This document shows positions 16,383 through 24,301 of a stretch of 25,045 nucleotides of DNA, one piece after another. Position numbers and translations under genes: made by a program. Position 1 is the first letter of the stretch. Each line of letters starts with the position of its first letter. The stretch is from positions 1-25,045 of the forward strand of contig CAYYWT010000006.1 in assembly GCA_964475435.1 (NCBI GenBank). The letters run 5' to 3'. The notes under the pieces are model-generated. The model made no database searches. It was not told where the DNA came from and saw only the letters and a program-made list of their open reading frames with translations. The DNA comes from an uncultured Eubacteriales bacterium (GTDB lineage Bacteria; Bacillota; Clostridia; TANB77; RGIG9151).

Positions 16383-16856
16383 TTACATTAAATCCTTCAA
16401 CACATCAAACGGAGAAGACTTAGTCTCTTCTTCACATTTACATTCCTCAAAGTTTAAATTTTTTCCGCACCTTGTACAAACGCCCCTACAATCTTCCTTA
16501 CACAAAAATCTTACAGGAAGTTTAAGTCTTAAATTATCTAAAATCATTTCATCTAATTCAATTTCATCTCCGGAAAGTAAATATTCATCCTCTGTAGGTT
16601 CTCTTCTATAAACTTCAACTATGTCTATCTTCTCTTTACGGTCAAATTCTGTTCCACATAAATGGCAAGAAGTAGTATATTCCAAATTTATTTTCCCATT
16701 TACTTCAACAAAATCGTCTCCTTTTTTTAAAACCCCTTCAAAAGAAATAGGTTTCATCATTTTTAATTCATCGCCATTATTCACAAAGCTCTCAATTTTC
16801 ATTTCATCTTTAAACTCCGTTCCCATTTCTGAAATCTTCTTAATAAATATTTTCAT
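16383..16856 (-). CDS. yceD: YceD/DUF177 family protein (large-subunit rRNA accumulation protein)
   Basis: C-terminal cysteine pattern CKEDCRGVCTRCGKNLNFEECKCE plus an internal CHLC, typical of DUF177. Start set at ATG 16856 (MKIFIKKI...), after GGAGGAATTGAT. Confidence 0.85.
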   Translation of the reverse strand: MKIFIKKISEMGTEFKDEMKIESFVNNGDELKMMKPISFEGVLKKGDDFVEVNGKINLEYTTSCHLCGTEFDRKEKIDIVEVYRREPTEDEYLLSGDEIELDEMILDNLRLKLPVRFLCKEDCRGVCTRCGKNLNFEECKCEEETKSSPFDVLKDLM

Positions 16857-16912
16857 ATCAATTCCTCCAAACATTTTTCTACACAAAACTCTACTTTACT
16901 TACTACGCTAAA

Positions 16913-16990
16913 AGGGGTTGTAAAAAACTCGTTTATCATTAAAATAAAGCAATGTACTTTATAAATTTTGTGAGTTTTTTTACAGCCCCT
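16913..16990 (-). repeat. Long imperfect inverted repeat / structured element between the Lon-like gene and yceD
   Basis: Arms at 16913-16930 (aggggttgtaaaaaactc) and 16972-16990 (gagtttttttacagcccct) pair over about 17 bp with one mismatch and one bulge. They enclose 41 nt containing an inner 6-bp hairpin (ATAAAG/CTTTAT, 16944-16962). On the minus strand the outer stem is followed by UUUU. Confidence 0.5.
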
Positions 16991-17001
16991 CGGCTTAATC
17001 T

Positions 17002-19425
17002 TTAATACTTTTTCGTTCCTGCTTCTTCTTTACCGAAATTAACCACCGTTAACGCATAACGTCTTAATTTATCGTATACCATAGAATTTATACTACCTTT
17101 AGGATATGTACCATCTTTTCTCTTCTTTCCCGCAGGAATTCCAGTTAAAATTTCAATTCCCTCATCAATAGTCTTAACAGGCCAAATATGGAATTTACCT
17201 TCACGAACAGCATCTATAACCTCATCTTTTAAATGAAGATTTTTTATATTTTGGTAAGGAATAATTACACCTTGGCTACCTGTAAGTTTACGAGCTTTGC
17301 ATACATCAAAGAACCCTTCTATCTTATGAGTAGCTCCTCCAATCGGTTGAATTTCACCCTTTTGGTTAACAGATCCTGTAACAGCTATTCCTTGATTAAT
17401 CGGAGCATCAGAAAGGCTGGATAAAATAGCATAGATTTCAGTACTAGACGCGCTATCCCCGTCTACCCCACCATATAACTGTTCAAAACATAAGCTGGCA
17501 GTAAGAGCCAATGGTAAATCTTGAGCATATTTTTCCCCAATATACGCACTTAATATTAAAACGCCCTTAGTATGAGATGTTCCGCTCATATCAGCTTCTC
17601 TTTCTATATTAACAATTCCGGATTTTCCTATAAATGTATTAGCAGTAATTCTTGAAGGTTTACCAAACATACAATCTCCAAGATCTAAAACCGATAAACC
17701 GTTAATTTGTCCAACAGCTGAGCCGTTCGTATCTACCATAATCGTATTATCTAAAATCATTTCTTGCATTCTTTTATCATAATTATTTACACGATTTAAT
17801 TTCTCAAGCATAGCTCTCTTTACGTGTTCTCTCGAAACAGTCTCAGCCTTCTCGGTAGTAGCCCATGCCGAAGCTTCAGTTAAAATTTGAATTAAATCAG
17901 TAAACCTCGTAGATAACTTATTTTGATCATCGGTTAACTGGGACGCATATTCAACAACAGCAGCCACACCACTCGGATCAAACGGTAAAGTCTCGTCTTT
18001 TTCGCAAAAAGCACTTATAAAACCAACGAGCTTTTTAATATTAGTACTAGTATTATCCATCTCTTCTTCAAATTCAACCTTTACTTTAAACAACTTCGTA
18101 AAATCATCGTCAGCTTCCCATAGCAAATGGTAAATATCAGGCGTGCCAACTAAAACAACCTTAACATTAAGAGGAATAGGCTCAGGTTTTAACGCTGAAA
18201 CCGGGACAACAGTCATTTGATCCTTCATATTTTCAATAAGCACTTCTCCGGTTCTTAAACATCTTTTTAGAGCTTCCCAAGACATTTGATTTAGCAAAAC
18301 ATCTTTAACTTGTAAAATTAAATATCCACCATTAGCCTTATGAAGTAATCCAGGCTTAATTTTCATATAATCAGTCGTCATAGCACCAAATTCATTATCG
18401 TATTCAGTCTTTCCTACTAAATTAAAGAACGTCGGATTATAATCAACAACGATAGGTGCTCCTTTAGTCTTAGAATTATCAACCAATAAATTAACTCTAT
18501 AATTCTTCGTCGGAGAATCATTTTCTTTTTTTAACATTCCTTGAAGTAACATCTGAGCATCATCAGGTATTTCCTCTTCCTCAAATTTATCTATATTCTC
18601 CAAAATATCCTTTTGGACTTCATATAAATAATTAACTATCTTAGGATATTCTTTATACTTACTCATCAAATCATCAACGTGAACACCAACAGCAAATAAC
18701 GCTGTTTGATTTTCCCATTCTTCAATACTATCCTCAGTTTCCTTCTCAAGTTCCTTAATTTTTCTTATAGTTTCCATAGTCTTTAATTGAACTTTTCCGG
18801 ACTTAGCCATAATCCTATTTTTTACTTGGTCATCTAAATCATTAAATTCTTCCTCACTTAAAGCTTGTCCGTTAATAATCGGCAAGAAATAAATACCACT
18901 AGGAGTAGTTTTAACCTTAAACCCTTGTTTTTCAGCTATTTTATTAAGTTTCTCAACAAGCTCGGTTCTTTGATCTTGAAACTCTTGAAGAATTCTTCCT
19001 TTTTCATTTTCATAATCATTGTTATCAAACGCCTTAGGGAGTTCGGAAGATATAGTCTTTACAAACTCCTCCATATCGTCAGCAAATTCTCTACCCTTTC
19101 CTGCTGGCAAAGTTATCGCAAGCGGTTGATTAGGGTCATCAAAATTATATACATATACCCAATCATTAGGTACTTCTCTTTTTTTAGCAAATTTTTTCAC
19201 ATAGTCTTTTGCAAAACTTGTTTTACCTGTTCCAGTAGATCCGGAAAGATAGATATGATATCCTTTAGCTCCGATATTAAGCCCGAATTCAAACGCCTTA
19301 GCAGTTTTACCATGACCTATAATCTCTCTTGACGGCGTAACCTCTTTCGTAGTTTTAAATTTAAACATCGACTCATCACAAGAAAACTTTAATTCTTTGC
19401 AATCTAATTCTTTCAAATCACTCAT
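17002..19425 (-). CDS. Lon-like ATP-dependent protease family protein (COG1067/LonB-YcbZ type: AAA+ module with a large insertion plus a Lon S16 protease domain)
   Basis: Walker A GSTGTGKT (19219-19242). C-terminal Lon proteolytic domain with VDGDSASS (Ser codon 17452-17454) and the GGATHKIEGFF lysine motif. The ATG at 19425 abuts GGAGG with zero spacing, so the in-frame TTG at 19416 (9-nt spacing) is an alternative start. Confidence 0.85.
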   Translation of the reverse strand: MSDLKELDCKELKFSCDESMFKFKTTKEVTPSREIIGHGKTAKAFEFGLNIGAKGYHIYLSGSTGTGKTSFAKDYVKKFAKKREVPNDWVYVYNFDDPNQPLAITLPAGKGREFADDMEEFVKTISSELPKAFDNNDYENEKGRILQEFQDQRTELVEKLNKIAEKQGFKVKTTPSGIYFLPIINGQALSEEEFNDLDDQVKNRIMAKSGKVQLKTMETIRKIKELEKETEDSIEEWENQTALFAVGVHVDDLMSKYKEYPKIVNYLYEVQKDILENIDKFEEEEIPDDAQMLLQGMLKKENDSPTKNYRVNLLVDNSKTKGAPIVVDYNPTFFNLVGKTEYDNEFGAMTTDYMKIKPGLLHKANGGYLILQVKDVLLNQMSWEALKRCLRTGEVLIENMKDQMTVVPVSALKPEPIPLNVKVVLVGTPDIYHLLWEADDDFTKLFKVKVEFEEEMDNTSTNIKKLVGFISAFCEKDETLPFDPSGVAAVVEYASQLTDDQNKLSTRFTDLIQILTEASAWATTEKAETVSREHVKRAMLEKLNRVNNYDKRMQEMILDNTIMVDTNGSAVGQINGLSVLDLGDCMFGKPSRITANTFIGKSGIVNIEREADMSGTSHTKGVLILSAYIGEKYAQDLPLALTASLCFEQLYGGVDGDSASSTEIYAILSSLSDAPINQGIAVTGSVNQKGEIQPIGGATHKIEGFFDVCKARKLTGSQGVIIPYQNIKNLHLKDEVIDAVREGKFHIWPVKTIDEGIEILTGIPAGKKRKDGTYPKGSINSMVYDKLRRYALTVVNFGKEEAGTKKY

Positions 19426-19485
19426 CCTCCGTATCTTTATTTAGAAATATAAAAATATTTCTATTTTTCTCCTTTGGTAAAAAAC

Positions 19486-19929
19486 TCATTTAAGCCACAT
19501 AATAACAGCATCTTCTTTATTATCTTGGTAGTAACCTTTTCTAACTCCGCATTCAACAAAGCCATACTTCTTATATAAACTTTGCGCAATGACATTACTT
19601 CGCCTTACCTCAAGAGTAAAAGCGTTTATTCCGTCTTCTTTACACAAAGAAAGCAGTGTAGATACTAATTTATTACCAACGCCAAGTCCTCTGTATTTTG
19701 AATGCACCGCCACATTAGTAATATGCCCTTCATCTATAATCTTCCAGACACCTATATATCCAACTGCTTTATTTCCTATTTTCGCTACTAAATATAATGC
19801 TACTCCGTTATTAGTAATCTCTCTTACAAATGAATCTCTTGACCAAGGAACAGAAAAACAATCCTGTTCCACCTCTAACACATTATCTATATCGTCAATA
19901 CTCATCTTTTCTATAACAATTTTTTGCAT
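19486..19929 (-). CDS. rimI: Ribosomal-protein-alanine N-acetyltransferase (GNAT)
   Basis: GNAT motif A (VHSKYRGLGVGNKLV). It lies immediately downstream of tsaB, the classical tsaB-rimI pairing. 147 aa. Confidence 0.85.
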   Translation of the reverse strand: MQKIVIEKMSIDDIDNVLEVEQDCFSVPWSRDSFVREITNNGVALYLVAKIGNKAVGYIGVWKIIDEGHITNVAVHSKYRGLGVGNKLVSTLLSLCKEDGINAFTLEVRRSNVIAQSLYKKYGFVECGVRKGYYQDNKEDAVIMWLK

Positions 19930-19937
19930 ATTTTTTT

Positions 19938-20597
19938 CTACACACCTCTATCAGGCTGAGCTAACCTTAAATAAATCGGGTTAACCTCATTTGGATTTTT
20001 AGCCAAGCTTTCGTCTGCAAAATATTTATTCATCGCAACTTTGCCAATATTTAAACTCGTTTCAATTTTTTCATCTAAAATATCACAATTTATTTCAGAT
20101 AAAAATAAATTTCCATATTCTTCAGTCACATCTCCAACAATTACGAATTTTCCCTCTAAATTTTTTAACTCGTTTAAAAGTTGAGAAATCTCGACACAAT
20201 CAGGAGTTCCAAGTTCATTTTTGTACTTAATTTGAGCATAAACATTTCCGTGTTTCGCATTTATAACAGCACAAACATTCTCATTATTTCCAAGCTCTAT
20301 AAGTCCTTCAAGCGACGTAACCCCGATTACTTTTTTATCTAAAGCTTGAGCCATACCTTTAATCGTCGCAACTCCAATTCTAATTCCGGTAAAAGATCCC
20401 GGACCAACAGACACAGCAAATAAATCAATATCAGAAATCTTTAACTTTAATTCAGAAAGTAACTCATCAATAATAGGTAAAAGCTTTTCGGAATGAGTTT
20501 TCTGGTCACTACTCAACTTCTCACCTAAAAAATTATTATCATCAAAAACTGCCACAGAAGCAATTTTATTAGACGTATCAATCGCAAGTAATTTCAT
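19938..20597 (-). CDS. tsaB: tRNA threonylcarbamoyladenosine (t6A) biosynthesis protein TsaB (YeaZ)
   Basis: N-terminal MKLLAIDTS..., then VSVGPGSFTGIRIGVATIKGMAQAL, which are hallmarks of TsaB/YeaZ. 219 aa. Confidence 0.9.
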   Translation of the reverse strand: MKLLAIDTSNKIASVAVFDDNNFLGEKLSSDQKTHSEKLLPIIDELLSELKLKISDIDLFAVSVGPGSFTGIRIGVATIKGMAQALDKKVIGVTSLEGLIELGNNENVCAVINAKHGNVYAQIKYKNELGTPDCVEISQLLNELKNLEGKFVIVGDVTEEYGNLFLSEINCDILDEKIETSLNIGKVAMNKYFADESLAKNPNEVNPIYLRLAQPDRGV

Positions 20598-20656
20598 TTT
20601 TCATTTTCCTTTCAAGCTAATGTCTTACCAAGTCATTAGCTTCACTATATATTCTT

Positions 20657-21142
20657 CTACTCTAATTCAGATGTACAATGAGGACATCTAGTTGCATCAA
20701 CATGAATTTTTGTCTTACAATACTTACACTCTTTTTCAGTAGGTTTAGGCGGAGCAACTTCCGCTTTTTTATGTATAACAAGCAACTTCTTAAACACAAT
20801 AAAAATCACAAACGCAACTATCAAAAAATTAATAACCGCAGTAATAAAGTTACCATAAGCAAGAATAGCAGCTCCAGCAGTCTCGGCTTCAGCCAAAGTT
20901 GAATAATTCGAACCATCTAACGAAACAAACCATTCCGAATAATTAAGTCCCCCGGTTATAGCCCCAATCAAAGGCGTAATTATATCCTTAACCAAAGAGT
21001 TAACAATACTGGTAAAAGCAGAACCAATAACCATACCAATAGCTAAATCAACAACATTCCCCTTCATAGCAAAAGCCATAAATTCGTCCCAGAAATTCTT
21101 AGCACTTCCTTTAACTTTAGATAAATCTACTTCTTTTTTCAT
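20657..21142 (-). CDS. mscL: Large-conductance mechanosensitive channel MscL with C-terminal CxxC-N10-CxxC zinc-ribbon tail
   Basis: [37 protein letters not shown] matches the MscL TM1 signature. Start set at the second ATG (21142), 9 nt after GAGGAG. The C-terminus is [23 protein letters not shown]. Confidence 0.9.
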   Translation of the reverse strand: MKKEVDLSKVKGSAKNFWDEFMAFAMKGNVVDLAIGMVIGSAFTSIVNSLVKDIITPLIGAITGGLNYSEWFVSLDGSNYSTLAEAETAGAAILAYGNFITAVINFLIVAFVIFIVFKKLLVIHKKAEVAPPKPTEKECKYCKTKIHVDATRCPHCTSELE

Positions 21143-21179
21143 AAAATCCATCTCCTCAAAATCTACAAATCATTTTATA

Positions 21180-21208
21180 ATCATACAATATTCTCTAAAA
21201 AAAGTCAA
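21180..21208 (-). promoter_or_regulatory. Sigma-A type promoter for mscL (TTGACT-N17-TATGAT)
   Basis: Minus-strand -35 TTGACT (plus 21203-21208), 17-nt spacer, -10 TATGAT (plus 21180-21185), about 38 nt upstream of the mscL start. Confidence 0.5.
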
Positions 21209-21248
21209 AAATTTAGCCACTCCTCCACGTCATTAATCCCTAGATTTT

Positions 21249-22919
21249 TTAAAAAATTCCGTCAATACTTCCGTCTTCCAGTACATCTATTTTCTCAGCA
21301 GCAGGTACTTTAGGAAGTCCGGGCATTGTTAAAATTTTACCTGTAAGTGCAACAATAAATCCCGCACCATTACTAATCCTTATTTCTCTAACTGTTATAT
21401 CAAAGTTTTCAGGTTTTCCCAGTTTTTTCGGGTCATCAGATAATGAATATTGAGTTTTAGCCATACAAACCGGCATTTTATCTAAATTTAATCTCTCTAA
21501 TTCTTTAATTTGGCTATCCGCATTTTCAGTATAGATTACACTACTTGCTCCATATATTTTTTTACAAATCGTTTCTATTTTTTCTTTTATAGAATCATTT
21601 TCATCATAAATAGGAACATAATGAGGTTTCTCATTCTCAAAAGTCTCTACAAGTTCATTTGCTAACTCTATTCCGCCTTCTCCACCTTTAGCAAATACTT
21701 CAGAAACCGAAACCTTAACATTAGCTTCTTTACAAACAGATTTTACATACTCAATTTCTTCGTCAGTATCACTAAAAAATTTATTAACCGTAACAAGTAC
21801 AGGCACACCATATAATTTCATATTATCAATATGTTTAGTTAAGTTAACAATACCTTTTTTCAAATGATCAAGTGAAGGCGTCTTTAACTCTTCAACCGCC
21901 ATTCCACCATTATATTTAAGAGAACGAATCGTAGCAACAATAACAATAGCAGACGGCTTCAATCCAGCCATCCTACATTTTATATCTAAAAACTTTTCAG
22001 CTCCTAAATCAGCTCCAAAGCCGGCTTCTGTAACAACAATATCCGCAAGCTTTAACGCTGTTTTCGTTGCAATAACACTATTACATCCGTGAGCAATATT
22101 AGCAAATGGGCCACCATGCATAATACAAGGCGTATTTTCTAATGTCTGAATTAAATTAGGCTTTATAGCATCTTTTAACAAAGCTGTAACGGCTCCCTCT
22201 ATTTTTAATTCTTTAACCATTATAGGTTCTCCGTTAACATTATATCCTACAATAATATTTCCGATTCTATTTTTTAAATCAAATATATCACTCGCCAAAC
22301 ACAATACAGCCATTATCTCAGACGCAACAGTAATGTTAAATCCATCATTTCTAGGGACTCCGTTACTCTTTCCTCCCAATCCGATATTTATATTTCTAAG
22401 AGTCCTATCATTTATATCCATAGCTCTTTTCCAAGTTATTTTCTCTAAATCAAAATTTAACTCATTACCTTGATAAATATGATTATCAATTACCGCAGAA
22501 ATAAGATTGTTCGCGGAAGTTAAAGCATGCATATCTCCCGTAAAATGAAGATTTATATCCTCCATCGGCACAACCTGACTATATCCACCTCCGGTTGCTC
22601 CGCCTTTTAAGCCCATAACCGGGCCAAGTGACGGTTCTCTTAAAGCGATTACACACTTTTTGCCTATTTTATTTAACGCTTGACCTAATCCTATAGTTAC
22701 GGTAGTTTTTCCTTCTCCTGCCGGAGTAGGGTTAATTGCCGTAACTAAAACAAGTTTGCCATCAGGATTATTTTTTACTCTATCTTGTAACTTATTACTA
22801 ATTTTAGCTTTATAAAAACCATATAGCTCCAATTCATCCTCATTTATACCTATTTTTTTAGCTACATCAGTTATTTTTTCCATATTCGCACTTTTTGAAA
22901 TCTCTATATCTGTTTGCAT
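21249..22919 (-). CDS. fhs: Formate--tetrahydrofolate ligase
   Basis: MQTDIEI... N-terminus, [11 protein letters not shown]-loop and similarity throughout. Start set at ATG 22919, 6 nt after AGGAGGAGGTG. The ORF-track start is a GTG inside the SD. Confidence 0.96.
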   Translation of the reverse strand: MQTDIEISKSANMEKITDVAKKIGINEDELELYGFYKAKISNKLQDRVKNNPDGKLVLVTAINPTPAGEGKTTVTIGLGQALNKIGKKCVIALREPSLGPVMGLKGGATGGGYSQVVPMEDINLHFTGDMHALTSANNLISAVIDNHIYQGNELNFDLEKITWKRAMDINDRTLRNINIGLGGKSNGVPRNDGFNITVASEIMAVLCLASDIFDLKNRIGNIIVGYNVNGEPIMVKELKIEGAVTALLKDAIKPNLIQTLENTPCIMHGGPFANIAHGCNSVIATKTALKLADIVVTEAGFGADLGAEKFLDIKCRMAGLKPSAIVIVATIRSLKYNGGMAVEELKTPSLDHLKKGIVNLTKHIDNMKLYGVPVLVTVNKFFSDTDEEIEYVKSVCKEANVKVSVSEVFAKGGEGGIELANELVETFENEKPHYVPIYDENDSIKEKIETICKKIYGASSVIYTENADSQIKELERLNLDKMPVCMAKTQYSLSDDPKKLGKPENFDITVREIRISNGAGFIVALTGKILTMPGLPKVPAAEKIDVLEDGSIDGIF

Positions 22920-23021
22920 CCGCAACACCTCCTCCTAAATAATACATAAATGTACTTACCTTTGCAAGCAAAAAAATACAAATTCAACGTTACTATTCAA
23001 CTTTGCCCCAAACATAACTTG

Positions 23022-23050
23022 TTGACTTAAAAGCAAAGAAATGATATTAT
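23022..23050 (+). promoter_or_regulatory. Sigma-A type promoter for the 260-aa orphan gene (TTGACT-N17-TATTAT)
   Basis: -35 TTGACT at 23022-23027, 17-nt spacer, -10 TATTAT at 23045-23050, about 78 nt upstream of ATG 23128. Confidence 0.55.
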
Positions 23051-23127
23051 ATGTATGCAAAATTCTATTACATCAATATTAGCAAATATTTTTTTGCTAA
23101 GGAAAATAAGTTAAAAGGAGACTGAAA

Positions 23128-23910
23128 ATGGCTACATTAAACGATTTTACCGAAATCCGCGAACTCATTTTAAAAAATTCCATCTACAATCGTATCCTAA
23201 TCGCAAGACTTTCCAATTACTCCTCTTTCACAGTAGCCTCTACTCTACTTACTTTAAGAAACGAGACCAAGGAAGAATTAAAAAAAGATGTGCATAGAAA
23301 AAGGCTTCCAACATACGCTTTATACAACATAGTAGTGAAATTAAACAATTCTAGAAATTTCTCTATCGGAGTCGAATTTCCAACACACACCATCATATGG
23401 GATTATCCAAATCTCAACCTAAAAAATTACAAGGAGTTAGCAAATTTCATTTACAATAAGTATTCAATAAACCCTGCAAAATCAGACAAAATTTTTTCGG
23501 CAATCCCTTATGATATGAAATGTTTTTTGGTAATCAACGATTACTCTTATCGTTTTTGGTATCAAGGCTTTTCTAAGAAAAAGAGAAAAGTAACAGAGGC
23601 TCAGTTTGACATTTCTAAAGTTGATGAATACTTGGGCATGTTAAAAAGACGTAATATTGAATACCGCGTTTTTAATACCATACTGCTATCTTTATTAAAA
23701 CACGGCGAGTATCATAATCAAAAATCAGGTTTCGGAATTGTAAATATCCATCCAACCTCATTTAAAAACAAAGTTTATGTTGAATTTGATTCCGAACTAG
23801 ACTTCAGAATCTATTCAAACATTTTCCCAATTTCAGTTTTTTCCCCGACTTTATGGAACACATACGACTCCGATATCGACAAATTCGTTCTTATTACAAT
23901 AGCTAAATGA
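23128..23910 (+). CDS. Hypothetical protein, 260 aa, no recognisable family
   Basis: Clean ORF with AAGGAG 7 nt upstream of the ATG, its own promoter and a terminator directly downstream. It is soluble (no TM helix or signal peptide) and rich in K/N/Y/F. It is the only plus-strand gene between 6.9 kb and the right edge. Confidence 0.7.
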   Translation: MATLNDFTEIRELILKNSIYNRILIARLSNYSSFTVASTLLTLRNETKEELKKDVHRKRLPTYALYNIVVKLNNSRNFSIGVEFPTHTIIWDYPNLNLKNYKELANFIYNKYSINPAKSDKIFSAIPYDMKCFLVINDYSYRFWYQGFSKKKRKVTEAQFDISKVDEYLGMLKRRNIEYRVFNTILLSLLKHGEYHNQKSGFGIVNIHPTSFKNKVYVEFDSELDFRIYSNIFPISVFSPTLWNTYDSDIDKFVLITIAK

Positions 23911-23918
23911 AATTAATT

Positions 23919-23951
23919 AAAAAAATCCGCTACAAATCAGCGGATTTTTTT
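23919..23951. terminator. Bidirectional rho-independent terminator shared by the orphan gene (+) and the rhodanese gene (-)
   Basis: A7 tract, stem ATCCGCT / AGCGGAT (7 bp, extendable through A/T pairs), 7-nt loop acaaatc, then a T7 tract. The structure is symmetric, so it can work in both directions. The rhodanese stop codon (23950-23952) overlaps the T/A tract. Confidence 0.8.
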
Positions 23952-24243
23952 ACAATAATTTATATTTTTCATAACCATCCATAAGGTTATAAACATTTTT
24001 ATATCCCATATCACTTAATTCCTCGGCAACAGCAATACTTCTAATTCCTTTTGAGCAAACTACAATTATTTTCTCATTCTTATTAGGGAATAACTGTAAT
24101 ACTTTCTCAACCTCATTAATTCCAATATTCACTGCTCCATTTATATGAGACTTTTTAAACTCATTTTTATCACGTATATCAATAACTTTTGCATTTGAAC
24201 GTATTAAGTTCGAGGCATGAACACTCGTAATATTACCAACCAT
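23950..24243 (-). CDS. Single-domain rhodanese-like sulfurtransferase
   Basis: 97 aa with the active-site loop CSKGIRS (CxxGxRS) and a rhodanese-like surrounding pattern (IDIRDKNEFKKSHINGAVNI). GAGGGGA SD. Confidence 0.85.
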   Translation of the reverse strand: MVGNITSVHASNLIRSNAKVIDIRDKNEFKKSHINGAVNIGINEVEKVLQLFPNKNEKIIVVCSKGIRSIAVAEELSDMGYKNVYNLMDGYEKYKLL

Positions 24244-24301
24244 AAATATCCCCTCTACGCTATATTATGCAAACTAAAGAATAAATGATATAAATTTTAA
24301 C

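Noticed and set aside
17002-19425. Lon-like protease as BrxL of a BREX defence system
   Set aside because: No other BREX components (brxA/B/C, pglX methyltransferase, pglZ) and no other defence genes are adjacent. The neighbours are rimI/tsaB and yceD/atp. The domain layout fits the stand-alone COG1067 Lon-like family better.
22920-23021. ZTP (pfl-motif) or THF riboswitch upstream of fhs
   Set aside because: The minus-strand leader is short and very AT-rich. It has no GGGTCGTGAC / CCGCCTGGGCA-like conserved blocks and no pseudoknot-capable GC segments. It contains only promoter-like hexamers, and these are ambiguous. The best one, TTGCAA-N17-TATTAT, would start transcription inside the SD, so I did not call an fhs promoter.
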